Below, piece by piece: positions 48,407-58,817 of a stretch of DNA of 64,000 nucleotides. How positions within the stretch are numbered: the first letter of the stretch is position 1; every line of letters starts with the position of its first letter. The notes beneath the pieces were generated by a model that was given only the letters and a program-made list of their open reading frames with translations, did not search any database and was not told where the DNA came from. Made by a program: the position numbers and the translations under genes. Source of the stretch: an uncultured Methylomirabilota bacterium (lineage in GTDB: Bacteria; Methylomirabilota; Methylomirabilia; Methylomirabilales; 2-02-FULL-66-22); the NCBI GenBank assembly GCA_963705305.1, contig OY970067.1:1952001-2016000 (forward strand), given 5' to 3'.

Positions 48407-49261
48407 ATGTCGAAACAACCTGCCAAGACGCCGCCTCCGTGTCGGCTTGCCTTCGCCAGACTGGTGAATACCCCGGAAGGCGCCGTGGATCTGGCGGAAG
48501 CCGCGCTGCTGATTGCCAAAGAAGAGTACCCCGATCTGGACGTGCGCCGCCATCTGACGAGGCTGGACCAGATGGGGGCCGCCGTGCACAGCCACGCCGG
48601 TCCCACGCGCGATCCATACCGCCTGATCGCGGCCCTGAACGACTACCTGTTCCGGGAACAGGGGTTTCACGGGAACCGGGAAGATTACTACGATCCGCGG
48701 AACAGCTTTCTGAACGACGTGCTGGACCGGCGGACCGGGATTCCCATTACGCTCTCCGTGGTGTACATGGAGGTCGCGCGGCGGATCGGCCTGCGCCTGC
48801 AGGGGGTCGGCATGCCGCGCCATTTCCTGGTCAAATACACGGGGCCCGACGAAGAGATTCTCATCAACGTCTTCGACGCGGGAACCCTGCTGTCGCGGGG
48901 CGACTGCCAGCGCCTCATGGATCGGCTGAGCGACGGGAAGCTGGCGTTCGAGCCCCGCTTCCTGGCGGCCGTGGACGTTCGGAAGATCCTCTTCCGCATG
49001 CTGACGAATCTGAAGGTCATCTACTTCAACCGGCAGGATTACGAGCGGGCGCTATCGATCGTGGAGCGACTGCTGATCCTGGTTCCCGATTCCGCCACCG
49101 AGATTCGCGACCGGGGACTGCTCTCCTCGCAGCTCCGACGGTATGCGGAGGCCATCGCCGACTTGGAGCGATATCTCCGGCAGGCGCCGCAGGCTGAGGA
49201 CGGCGAGGTCATTCGGGAGCATCTTCGGTCGCTTCGGCAGCGGGTGGTCACCTTGAATTGA
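48407..49261 (+). CDS. SirB1/YchA-like transglutaminase-fold + TPR protein
   Basis: GFHGNREDYYDPRNSFLNDVLDRRTGIPITLS, GMPRHFLV, RMLTNLK, RDRGL. Confidence 0.9.
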   Translation: MSKQPAKTPPPCRLAFARLVNTPEGAVDLAEAALLIAKEEYPDLDVRRHLTRLDQMGAAVHSHAGPTRDPYRLIAALNDYLFREQGFHGNREDYYDPRNSFLNDVLDRRTGIPITLSVVYMEVARRIGLRLQGVGMPRHFLVKYTGPDEEILINVFDAGTLLSRGDCQRLMDRLSDGKLAFEPRFLAAVDVRKILFRMLTNLKVIYFNRQDYERALSIVERLLILVPDSATEIRDRGLLSSQLRRYAEAIADLERYLRQAPQAEDGEVIREHLRSLRQRVVTLN

Positions 49262-49296
49262 CGCCGGCCGGGGGCCGGGAGCGCGGGGGGCCGAGC

Positions 49297-49839
49297 GTGA
49301 AAATCTACACCAAGTCGGGTGACGCGGGGGAGACCGGCCTGCTGGGCGGAGGGCGAGTGCGGAAGAACGCCCCGCGGGTCGAGGCGTGCGGGGAGCTGGA
49401 CGAGCTGAACGCCAGTCTCGGGCATGCCGGCGCGGCGTTGACCGATCCCGAGCTGTCCTCCCTCCTCACCGGGATCCAGCGCACACTGTTCGCGCTGGGG
49501 ACGCAGCTGGCGGACGCGCGGACAGAGAGACCGGCCGCGCCCCCCAAAGTGGCGGTCTCCTTTGAGACGGTGGCGGCCCTCGAACGGGCCATCGATCGTG
49601 CGGAGGAGGCGCTGTCGCCGCTGCAGGCCTTCGTCCTCCCGGGCGGCAGCGAGGCGGGTGCGCGCCTGCACCTGGCCCGAGCCGTCTGCCGCCGCGCGGA
49701 GCGGCGCATCGCCGGTCTGGCGGAGCACGCGGACGTTCCGCCCGTCATCCTGGCATACATGAACCGGCTCTCCGATCTGCTCTTCGTCCTGGCTCGGCTG
49801 GCGAACGCGCAGGCCGGATGCGCCGAGGTTCCCTGGTAG
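49297..49839 (+). CDS. pduO: PduO-type ATP:cob(I)alamin adenosyltransferase
   Basis: KIYTKSGDAGETGL, GELDELN, FVLPGG, RAVCRRAER, YMNRLSDLLF. Confidence 0.92.
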   Translation: MKIYTKSGDAGETGLLGGGRVRKNAPRVEACGELDELNASLGHAGAALTDPELSSLLTGIQRTLFALGTQLADARTERPAAPPKVAVSFETVAALERAIDRAEEALSPLQAFVLPGGSEAGARLHLARAVCRRAERRIAGLAEHADVPPVILAYMNRLSDLLFVLARLANAQAGCAEVPW

Positions 49840-49844
49840 GGGGA

Positions 49845-51113
49845 ATGATGGGCGGGCGCCATCCTGGAGAATCGCCGATCCGCCTCCTCCTGCAGGTCGG
49901 ACTCGGCGCCGTCTGGGTGTATGACGGACTGGTGACCAAGCTCCTTGCGCCGATGCCACACGTTCCCGGCTTCCTGGCGTCCTGGACCCCTCCCGGCGGC
50001 CACGCCCTTGTCCTCCGAGGCATCGGGGTCCTCGAGCTGGTCCTAGGCCTGCTGCTGCTCCAGGGGTGGATTCTCCAGGGGGCGGTGCTGGCGCACTGCC
50101 TGCTCCTGGGTGCCCTGAGCGCCGCGCTGATCGTCCTTCGGCCGGAATCACTGCTGGATGCAACAGGGGCCATTCCCCAGAACATCCCCCTGATCGCCGG
50201 CGGCATCGGCCTCCTCCTCATGACGGGCAGGCGGGCCGCGCCCGAATCCGCTGTTCCGCTGCTGCTCCGGATCGGCCTGGGGGGCATGTGGGCCTGCGAG
50301 GGCTTCCTCCTTGCGTGGTGGTCCCGAAGCGCCGGGGCGACCGAGATGCTGGAGCACACCGGGTTGATCGGGGCCCCTCACGTTCCGGCGTTCCTTCGGT
50401 GCCTGGGCGGCGTGGAGATGGCGCTGGCACTGACCCTGCTGATCGGGCTCTGGGTCCGCGGAATGGCGGTCCTCCAGGTACTCCTGCTCACGGCCGTCTC
50501 TGCCGTTGTGGGCTGGACGTCGCCGGCCTACCTGCAGGGAGGTCTGGGCGGGCTGGCCAAGAATCTGGGCCTCATCGGTTGCGCCCTGGTGCTGTACTGG
50601 ACGGGGGCCGGGGGATTCTCGTGCGACGCCTGGGTGGCCGGGAACGCGGCGTGTCGCCGCTGGAGTCTCCGGGGTGTCCTCTGGTGGAATCTGATCAGGA
50701 CGCTGGGAATGGAAGAGATGTACCGGCTCCAGCACGACGCCGCCCACGATACGCGCGTCGAGGAGACGCTGCAGGCGCTCCGGTTGGAGAACCGCCGCCT
50801 GGAGGCGGACATGCGCACCCTGGCCCGCCGTCATGGTGGCCGTCCGCCGGCCGGACCGGGGCTGGCCCGCGCGGGATTCTGGCTGTTGGGAGCGATGACG
50901 GTCGTCCTGGGAGTGCGCGCATCCCTCATCCTGGACCTCTGGCTGAAGAGGCGGGGCCTGCACTGGTACACACGGGCGGTGGACCTGCTCCCGCCGGATG
51001 AGGGCATCACCTACCGCGTCCTCCAGTCCATGCAGGAGCGGGAGACGAGCCAGGTCCGGGCGCTGCGGGAGGCCCTGCGGGCCGGCCGTGGGTCACACCG
51101 GCGACGGCGATAA
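49845..51113 (+). CDS. DoxX-like membrane protein fused to a degenerate ferritin-like (COQ7-like) domain
   Basis: Two repeats LL.xGLGxxWxxxG..E..L..LL.GW..KN.GL; C-terminal helical domain with the COQ7-like pattern MY..Q, GGRP, LGAMT..LG, WY. Confidence 0.6.
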   Translation: MMGGRHPGESPIRLLLQVGLGAVWVYDGLVTKLLAPMPHVPGFLASWTPPGGHALVLRGIGVLELVLGLLLLQGWILQGAVLAHCLLLGALSAALIVLRPESLLDATGAIPQNIPLIAGGIGLLLMTGRRAAPESAVPLLLRIGLGGMWACEGFLLAWWSRSAGATEMLEHTGLIGAPHVPAFLRCLGGVEMALALTLLIGLWVRGMAVLQVLLLTAVSAVVGWTSPAYLQGGLGGLAKNLGLIGCALVLYWTGAGGFSCDAWVAGNAACRRWSLRGVLWWNLIRTLGMEEMYRLQHDAAHDTRVEETLQALRLENRRLEADMRTLARRHGGRPPAGPGLARAGFWLLGAMTVVLGVRASLILDLWLKRRGLHWYTRAVDLLPPDEGITYRVLQSMQERETSQVRALREALRAGRGSHRRRR

Positions 51114-51123
51114 GGAGGGACCG

Positions 51124-51903
51124 ATGGCCGCACTGCAGGATCGAGTCGCCCTGGTCACGGGGGCCAGCCGGGGAATCGGCATGGCCGTCGCCAAGGCCCT
51201 GGCATCCGCGGGGGCCGCGGTTGCCATCTGCGCCCGGGATGTCGAGGCGGCGCGCCGTGCGGCCGACGAGATCTCGCCGGGCGGCGGGCGGGTCCTGGCC
51301 TTCGCGGCGGACGTGCTGCAGGCCGCGGACGTCCGGAACATGGTCCAGGGGATCGTGGGGCACTGGGGGCAGATCCACATCCTGGTCAACAACGCCGGCA
51401 TGAATGCGCGCATCCCCATCGATGCCGAGGAGGACGACCGCTGGCTGCAGGTGCTGCATACCAACGTGCTGGGGACCTACCGCGTCACCCGGGAGACGCT
51501 GCGCTGGATGCCTGCGCACGGCGGCGGCCGCATCATCAACATCTCGTCGGTCCTGGGTCGATTCGGGGTCCCCGGCTACACCGCCTACTGCACGGCCAAG
51601 CACGGGATCATCGGGTTCACGCGCGCCCTGGCGCTGGAGGTGGTGGACCGCGGCATCACGGTCAACGCCGTCTGCCCGGGGTGGGTGGAAACCGAGATGG
51701 CGGCCCGCGGCATGGCCGAGACAGCCGTGGCCATGGGGATCACCGCGGAGGAATTCCGCCGGCAGGCGCTGGCCGCGGTGCCCATCCGGCGGATGCTAGA
51801 GCCGAAAGAGATCGCCGACCTGGTCGTCTATCTCGCCTCGGACGCGTCCGCCGGGATGACGGGCCAGGCTGTCAATCTTTGCGGTGGGCAGGTCATGTTC
51901 TGA
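51124..51903 (+). CDS. Short-chain dehydrogenase/reductase (ketoacyl reductase/BDH-like)
   Basis: TGASRGIG, NNAG, YCTAKHG, CPGWVET. Confidence 0.92.
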   Translation: MAALQDRVALVTGASRGIGMAVAKALASAGAAVAICARDVEAARRAADEISPGGGRVLAFAADVLQAADVRNMVQGIVGHWGQIHILVNNAGMNARIPIDAEEDDRWLQVLHTNVLGTYRVTRETLRWMPAHGGGRIINISSVLGRFGVPGYTAYCTAKHGIIGFTRALALEVVDRGITVNAVCPGWVETEMAARGMAETAVAMGITAEEFRRQALAAVPIRRMLEPKEIADLVVYLASDASAGMTGQAVNLCGGQVMF

Positions 51904-51942
51904 CCGCCCACCGTGGCTCTGCGGCGGACAGGTGATGTCGTG

Positions 51943-53082
51943 ATGGACGAGTCGCACGCCATGGATCGCGAAGGAAAGCCGGTAGCAGCGGCGAGCCCCT
52001 TTGCGCAAGCCGAGGGGGCTGCGGGGGCCACCTGGGGTGTCCGTTTTGGCATGCGCTTGCCCGAAGACTACGGCGACCCGGCCGGGGAGTATGGGGCGGT
52101 CCGGAGCGGCGTGGGCCTGGTGGACCTGTCCTTCCGCGGACTGTTGCAGGTGACGGGCAGCGAACGTCTCCGCTGGCTGAACGGCCAGGTCACCAACGAC
52201 GTGGCCAGGCTGCAAGCCGGTGAAGGCAAGCCGGCCGCCGTCCTGACCGCCAAGGGGCATATCCTGTCCGACCTGGCGGTGTATGGGCTGGCGGATTCGA
52301 TCTGGGTGGATCTGCCCAGGCAGCGTGAAGAGACCGTACGGGCCGCCTTCAATCGCCACATCATCGCCGACGACGTGACCGTCGAGGCGGCCGGCGCCCG
52401 CCTTGCCCACCTCATGCTGGCAGGCCCGGCCGCCGCCGGCCTCATGGCTCAGGCGGCGGGAGAGGCGGTGGCCGATCTTCCCGCCTGGCACCACCGAGAG
52501 GTCCGGCTGGGAGACGTCCCCGGCCGGGTCGCCGCCAGCCGGTGGCTGCAGCTCCCTACGTACGATGTGTGGATACCCGTCGACGCCGCCGGAACGGTCT
52601 GGGAGGCGCTGAGGCGTCTCGATATCGATGCCCGCCCGGTCGGGATGGCGGCCCTGGATGTCCTGCGCCTGGAGGCAGGCTGGCCGTGGTACGGGGTGGA
52701 TTTCGACGAGGGACATCTGCTGATGGAGGCCCTCACGCCGGCCCACGTGAGTTTCACCAAGGGCTGCTACGTCGGGCAAGAGGTCGTCATCCGCGTCGAG
52801 CATCAGGGCCACGTCAACCGGCGGCTGTGCGGCCTGGTCGTGGTGGGGGCGACTGCGCCGCCCTCCGGAGCGGACATCCTGGCGGACGATAAGAAGGTCG
52901 GCAGCGTGACCAGCGCCGGCCCGTCGCCCGCCCTGGGCCGGGTGATCGCCCTGGGGTTCATCCGGCGCGAATGCTCGGAGGCGGGGACGCGCCTCCGCAT
53001 CCGGGCCGGAGAGGAAGCTCTGGAGGCGGAGGTCGTTGCCCTGCCGTTCGTCCCCGCACCGGCCTGGCGGCCGGAGAGTTGA
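51943..53082 (+). CDS. ygfZ: Folate-binding YgfZ/GcvT-like protein
   Basis: DLSFRG, WLNGQVTNDV, RLEAG, SFTKGCYVGQEV (YgfZ signature). Confidence 0.85.
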   Translation: MDESHAMDREGKPVAAASPFAQAEGAAGATWGVRFGMRLPEDYGDPAGEYGAVRSGVGLVDLSFRGLLQVTGSERLRWLNGQVTNDVARLQAGEGKPAAVLTAKGHILSDLAVYGLADSIWVDLPRQREETVRAAFNRHIIADDVTVEAAGARLAHLMLAGPAAAGLMAQAAGEAVADLPAWHHREVRLGDVPGRVAASRWLQLPTYDVWIPVDAAGTVWEALRRLDIDARPVGMAALDVLRLEAGWPWYGVDFDEGHLLMEALTPAHVSFTKGCYVGQEVVIRVEHQGHVNRRLCGLVVVGATAPPSGADILADDKKVGSVTSAGPSPALGRVIALGFIRRECSEAGTRLRIRAGEEALEAEVVALPFVPAPAWRPES

Positions 53083-53208
53083 TCGCGCCATATCCCGCGG
53101 GTTTCCGATCGACAGACCGGACGGCTCGTCGTAAGCTAGGCAGGCAGATCTGCGGTCCGCCGACGATTGTCGTTGCGGCGGATCCGCCGTTGAGAGGCGA
53201 CGGCTGCA

Positions 53209-55065
53209 ATGTCGCGTGAACGACCGGTCAAGAATCGAACCGCCGGACCCACGGAGCGGAGCCTGGCGAGCCCGCCCCCGAACAAGATGACTCGGGCGAT
53301 CGTGGCGCGCCTGCGCGCGCACGGCGAGGCCGTGCGTCGGGCCTGGAAAGCCGAGATGGCTGCCCGCCGCCTGCTGCAGCGGCTCACTCCGGAGGAGGCC
53401 GAGGCGGAGTCCGCCGCGATCTATGACGTGCTGATGGAATGCCTGGAGACCGGCCGGTACCACAGCGCGCAGGCGTACGCCGAAGAAGTGGCCGAGCGGG
53501 ATGTCTTCCGCGGCATCGGGGCCAAGCAGGTTATCGGGCGGCTGCTGGTGTTGCGGGACGTGTGCAGCCGGTTCATCTGCCTGGACTGCGAGCGGCACGG
53601 CGCCGACCAGGCCTGTGCGCTGGATGTCTATGAACCGGTGGCCAACCGGATTCTGACCATCGTGGCCATGGCCTTCGTACAAGAGCGGGAGCGGGCCGTG
53701 GGTCGAGGCCGGGAGCAGCTCGGCGCCCTGGTGGAGGCCGGGCTGGTCCTGGCGGCGGAGCGTTCCCTCACGTCCGTCCTCCAGCGCATCGTCGAGCTGG
53801 CCTGCCGGCTCCTGCATGCCACCTACGGGGCGCTGGGCGTCCTGGACGCGAACGGCCTCCTGGAGCAGTTCGTCTCGACCGGCCTCGATGAGGCGACGCG
53901 GGCGCGCATCGGCCCGCTTCCCACCGGCCAGGGGATCCTGGGCATCGTCGTCCGCGAGGCGCGGCCGCTGCGCCTTCGTGACCTGACGGGGGATCCTCGC
54001 GCCACCGGGTTCCCCCCGCACCATCCTCCCATGCGCTCCTTCCTGGGCGTGCCCATCATGTCCAAAGGCCGGGTCTTCGGGAACCTGTACGTGACGGACA
54101 AGCAGGGCGCGGAAGAATTCACCAAGGAGGACGAGCAGCTGGCGGTGACCCTGGCGGCGCAGGCGGCCATCGCCATCGAGAACGCCAGCCTCTACGACAA
54201 GCTGCGTCGCTCGTACGAGGAGCTGAAACAATCGCAGGACCTCTTGGTGCGTCAGGAGAAGCTGGCGTCCCTGGGTCGGCTGGCGGCGGGCCTGGCCCAC
54301 GAGCTGAACAACCCGCTGTCGTCGGTGGCCGGATTCGCCGAGGCCTTGCAGCGGCGCATGTCCGAGGGCGGAGGGCTCGACGCGTCCGGGTCCGGGGAGT
54401 GCCGGGAATACCTGGACATGATTCAGTCCGAGGTCGCCCGCGCCGCGGGGATCGTCCGGCGGCTCCTCGATTTCGCTCGCCAGCGCGAGCCCAGCTTCGG
54501 CCCCGTGAACCTTCTCCAGGTGGTGCGAGAAGCCGTCTCGTTCGCAGAACGCCAGGCCAGCCTCGCCAACCGGCAGATCCAGGTGGAGTCGTTCCCGGAG
54601 ACCTACGAGGTCCTGGGGGACGACCAGATGCTCCAGCAGGTGGTCCTCAACCTTCTCACCAACGCTCTGGACGCCATCGAGGGCGGGGGAATGATTCAGG
54701 TCAGCGCCCGCCTGGCGCCGGCAGAGCACCCTGGCACCCAGGCAGCTCGGCATGCGGGCGAGAGGTCCTCTCAGGATGCCGGGCCATCGGATCTCCTGAT
54801 TACCGAACCCACAGCCTGGGTGGACTTGGTCGTGTCGGATACCGGCAGCGGGATCGCCCCGGAGAATCTCAACAAGGTCATGGACCCGTTTTTCACCACC
54901 AAGGAAGTTGGGAAAGGGACCGGTCTCGGTCTGGCCATCTGCCAGAGCATCGTGGAGCAACACGGCGGTCGCCTCTCCGTCTGGAGCAAGGGCCTGGGAG
55001 AAGGCACGGCGGTCACCGTCCGACTGCCGCTCGTGTTCTCCGCCGGCCACGGAGGGCAGATGTGA
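53209..55065 (+). CDS. Histidine kinase: RsbR-N/globin-like domain + DosS-like GAF + HisKA + HATPase
   Basis: GAF YGALGV..GFPPHHPPMRSFLGVP..GNLYVT; H-box LAHELNNPL; NLLTNA, DTGSGI, FFTTK, GTGLGL. Confidence 0.92.
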   Translation: MSRERPVKNRTAGPTERSLASPPPNKMTRAIVARLRAHGEAVRRAWKAEMAARRLLQRLTPEEAEAESAAIYDVLMECLETGRYHSAQAYAEEVAERDVFRGIGAKQVIGRLLVLRDVCSRFICLDCERHGADQACALDVYEPVANRILTIVAMAFVQERERAVGRGREQLGALVEAGLVLAAERSLTSVLQRIVELACRLLHATYGALGVLDANGLLEQFVSTGLDEATRARIGPLPTGQGILGIVVREARPLRLRDLTGDPRATGFPPHHPPMRSFLGVPIMSKGRVFGNLYVTDKQGAEEFTKEDEQLAVTLAAQAAIAIENASLYDKLRRSYEELKQSQDLLVRQEKLASLGRLAAGLAHELNNPLSSVAGFAEALQRRMSEGGGLDASGSGECREYLDMIQSEVARAAGIVRRLLDFARQREPSFGPVNLLQVVREAVSFAERQASLANRQIQVESFPETYEVLGDDQMLQQVVLNLLTNALDAIEGGGMIQVSARLAPAEHPGTQAARHAGERSSQDAGPSDLLITEPTAWVDLVVSDTGSGIAPENLNKVMDPFFTTKEVGKGTGLGLAICQSIVEQHGGRLSVWSKGLGEGTAVTVRLPLVFSAGHGGQM

Positions 55066-55066
55066 G

Positions 55067-56449
55067 ATGAATCAAGACCATCCGCAGGGAGAACCCATCC
55101 GGGTGCTGGTCGTGGACGACGAGCGCCCCATCCGCTTCCTTCTGGAGAAGGAGCTCCCGCGAGCCGGCTGCGCCGTCACGGTCGCCGAGAGCGGCGAGGG
55201 AGCTCTGGAGCAGCTCCGCGCCCAGGACTTCAACGTCGTCCTGCTGGATCTGAAGATGCCCGGAATCGGCGGCATGGAGGCGCTCCGCCGGGTGCGGGAG
55301 TCCGGGGTGTCGGCTGAGGTCGTGGTCCTCACCGGGCATCCGGACGTGTCCAGCGCCATCGAGGCGATGAAGCTGGGCGCGTATGACTACCTCACCAAGC
55401 CCTTCAAGCTGGCCGAGGTGGAGGTGGTGCTGCGCCGGGCGGCGGAGCGAAAGCGGCTGCAGAAAGAGAATGCGGCCCTGCGGCAGATGGTGGCCCAGCG
55501 AGAGATTTCGCCCCCCATCCAAGGACGGAGCCCGGCGATCGCCGCGATCCTCGAAATCGTGGAACGGGTTGCACCCACCGACGCCAGCATTCTCATCGAG
55601 GGGGAGAGCGGCACCGGGAAAGGACTGGTGGCGCAGGCCATCCACCGGGGAAGCGCCCGGGCCGGCGGACCGTTTCTCGCCATCAATTGCGGAGGCTTCC
55701 AGGACCCGTTGCTGGAGAGCGAGCTGTTCGGCCACGAAAAGGGCGCGTTCACGGGGGCTTCCAGCGCCAAAGAGGGACTGTTCGAGGTGGCCGATGGTGG
55801 GACGCTGTTCCTGGACGAGGTGGGGGAGATGAGCCCCGCGATGCAGGCCAAGCTGCTCCAGGTCCTGGACTCGCGGCAGCTGCGCCGGGTCGGGGGAACG
55901 CGGCTGCATCGCGTCGATGTTCGCATCGTGGCGGCGACGAACAAGACGCTGGCGGAGGAGGTCCGTGAAGGCCGCTTTCGGGAGGACCTGTATTATCGGT
56001 TGAACGTTGTCAACCTCGTCGTGCCGCCGTTGCGTGAGCGGAAAGAAGATATCCCCCTGCTGGCGGAGCACTTCCTGGCCGCCATGCAGGTCAGCGGTCG
56101 GAAAGCCAAGGGGGTCTCCCCCGAGGCCATGCGGTGCCTGGCGGATTACAGCTGGCCGGGAAACGTCCGCGAACTGGCGAACATGATCGAGCGGCTGATC
56201 ATCCTGACCCGCGGCCAGGTCATCGAGGTCAAGGACCTCCCGCCAACCCTGCGGGGAGGCGCGTCGGCGGCGCCGGCCGCCACCGCCATGCCGGTCTCGC
56301 TCTCGGATATGGAACGGCTGCACATCGCCAGGATCCTGGCGGAGACGGGCGGGAAGAAGATGCGGGCCGCTCGACTGCTCGGCATCGACCTCAAGACCCT
56401 CAATAAGAAGATCAAAGACTACGGGATCCCCCTTCCACCGGCCTCCTAA
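55067..56449 (+). CDS. NtrC-family sigma54-dependent response regulator
   Basis: VVDDE, LLDLKMP, TKP; GESGTGK, ESELFGHEKGAFTGA, FLDEVG, FREDLYYRLN, WPGNVREL; C-terminal HTH. Confidence 0.95.
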   Translation: MNQDHPQGEPIRVLVVDDERPIRFLLEKELPRAGCAVTVAESGEGALEQLRAQDFNVVLLDLKMPGIGGMEALRRVRESGVSAEVVVLTGHPDVSSAIEAMKLGAYDYLTKPFKLAEVEVVLRRAAERKRLQKENAALRQMVAQREISPPIQGRSPAIAAILEIVERVAPTDASILIEGESGTGKGLVAQAIHRGSARAGGPFLAINCGGFQDPLLESELFGHEKGAFTGASSAKEGLFEVADGGTLFLDEVGEMSPAMQAKLLQVLDSRQLRRVGGTRLHRVDVRIVAATNKTLAEEVREGRFREDLYYRLNVVNLVVPPLRERKEDIPLLAEHFLAAMQVSGRKAKGVSPEAMRCLADYSWPGNVRELANMIERLIILTRGQVIEVKDLPPTLRGGASAAPAATAMPVSLSDMERLHIARILAETGGKKMRAARLLGIDLKTLNKKIKDYGIPLPPAS

Positions 56450-56625
56450 CAGACTGCTGAAAAAGGCCCATCTGCCGGGTACCCATCTGATGGGTGCCCA
56501 GCCTTCGGACGGGTGCCCCCGCGCTCCCGCGGCGCTGCGACGTACGTGTAAGTACGTCTCGCGCGCCGCCTTGCATCCGGGCCTTTTTCAGCAGCCTGAG
56601 CGAAAACGAGTTTTTCAGCACCCTG
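56450..56625. mobile_element. MITE-like palindromic element with IS5-like ends
   Basis: Left CAGACTGCTGAAAAA 56450; right TTTTTCAGCAGCCTG 56584-56598 and TTTTTCAGCACCCTG 56611-56625; flanked by CTAA/CTAC; nested internal hairpins. Confidence 0.6.
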
Positions 56626-56663
56626 CTACGCTCTTTGATTCGTCAATTCGATCTGGATGGCTT

Positions 56664-56699
56664 CCCCGGAGAAACTCCCGCCCCCCCGGAGAAACTCCC
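56664..56699. promoter_or_regulatory. Tandem enhancer-like sites (putative UAS)
   Basis: CCCCGGAGAAACTCCC at 56664 and 56684; each contains the palindrome GGAG-N3-CTCC. Confidence 0.7.
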
Positions 56700-56760
56700 A
56701 CCGTTCTTGGATGCTCAAGATTGAATAATTTCTGTGGTTAAGTACTTACTACATAAATTA

Positions 56761-56773
56761 TTTCAATTAGTTA
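56761..56773 (+). promoter_or_regulatory. IHF-like site
   Basis: TTTCAA-TTAG-TTA, one mismatch to WATCAA-N4-TTR, inside an AT-rich tract between the UAS and the promoter. Confidence 0.5.
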
Positions 56774-56801
56774 TATACATTTGAGAGAATGACGATAGAA
56801 T

Positions 56802-56817
56802 TGGTACGGGTGTTGCT
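56802..56817 (+). promoter_or_regulatory. Sigma54 (-24/-12) promoter
   Basis: TGGTACG-GGTG-TTGCT, GG-N10-GC, one mismatch to TGGCACG-N4-TTGCW. Confidence 0.85.
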
Positions 56818-56854
56818 TCTCTCTAGAAATGGAAGCTAACCGCGCAGAGAGGAA

Positions 56855-57307
56855 ATGAAGGATATGCAGATCGTTGTCTGCTCCGGAAATCCGAGGGTCA
56901 TTGCGATCATCGAAGGACTGTTCGGAATCGAGGATCGGATCACGGTCTGTGAGTCCGGCCTGGAATTGCTGGGGACGGTCCGCGCAGTATCCTCCGACGT
57001 GGTGATCCTGGATCTGGAGACGCCGGGGCTGAACAGCCTCTTCTTGGTCTCCGCCATTCAGGAGTTGGCTCCACAGGTACCGATTGTGGCCGTCTCCATG
57101 CAGGCGCCGGCCGACCTTCGGGCCCTGACGCAAAAGGGGGTCACCTACGCCGCACTCGCCCCAGACGCCGACGATGGGGCGTCGGCGGCGCTGGCCGAGC
57201 TGGTGCGGGCCGCGTGCCCTACGCACGCCGTGGAGGCCGGATCAGGATCGAGCCGACGAATCCGACCGGTGCGGAGCGTCGTGGGCGCCGGGCGTCATAT
57301 CGACTGA
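56855..57307 (+). CDS. Atypical stand-alone receiver (REC) domain protein
   Basis: ESGLELL..DVVILDLETPGLN..VPIVAVS; acidic pair and conserved KP absent. Confidence 0.75.
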   Translation: MKDMQIVVCSGNPRVIAIIEGLFGIEDRITVCESGLELLGTVRAVSSDVVILDLETPGLNSLFLVSAIQELAPQVPIVAVSMQAPADLRALTQKGVTYAALAPDADDGASAALAELVRAACPTHAVEAGSGSSRRIRPVRSVVGAGRHID

Positions 57308-57325
57308 GCACGCAAGGGAGAGACT

Positions 57326-58783
<1,458 letters not shown>

Positions 58784-58817
58784 TCCTCTTCTGTGTTCGT
58801 CTGACGAAAGGTGAGCC

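Noticed and set aside
51796..55050. 1084-aa minus-strand ORF, and similar long antisense ORFs (e.g. 16904-18640, 57242-58942, 6298-7875)
   Set aside because: Shadows of well-supported + strand genes in high-GC DNA; no recognisable motifs.
56635..56646. FNR box (TTGAT..GTCAA)
   Set aside because: Spacer is 2 nt rather than 4.
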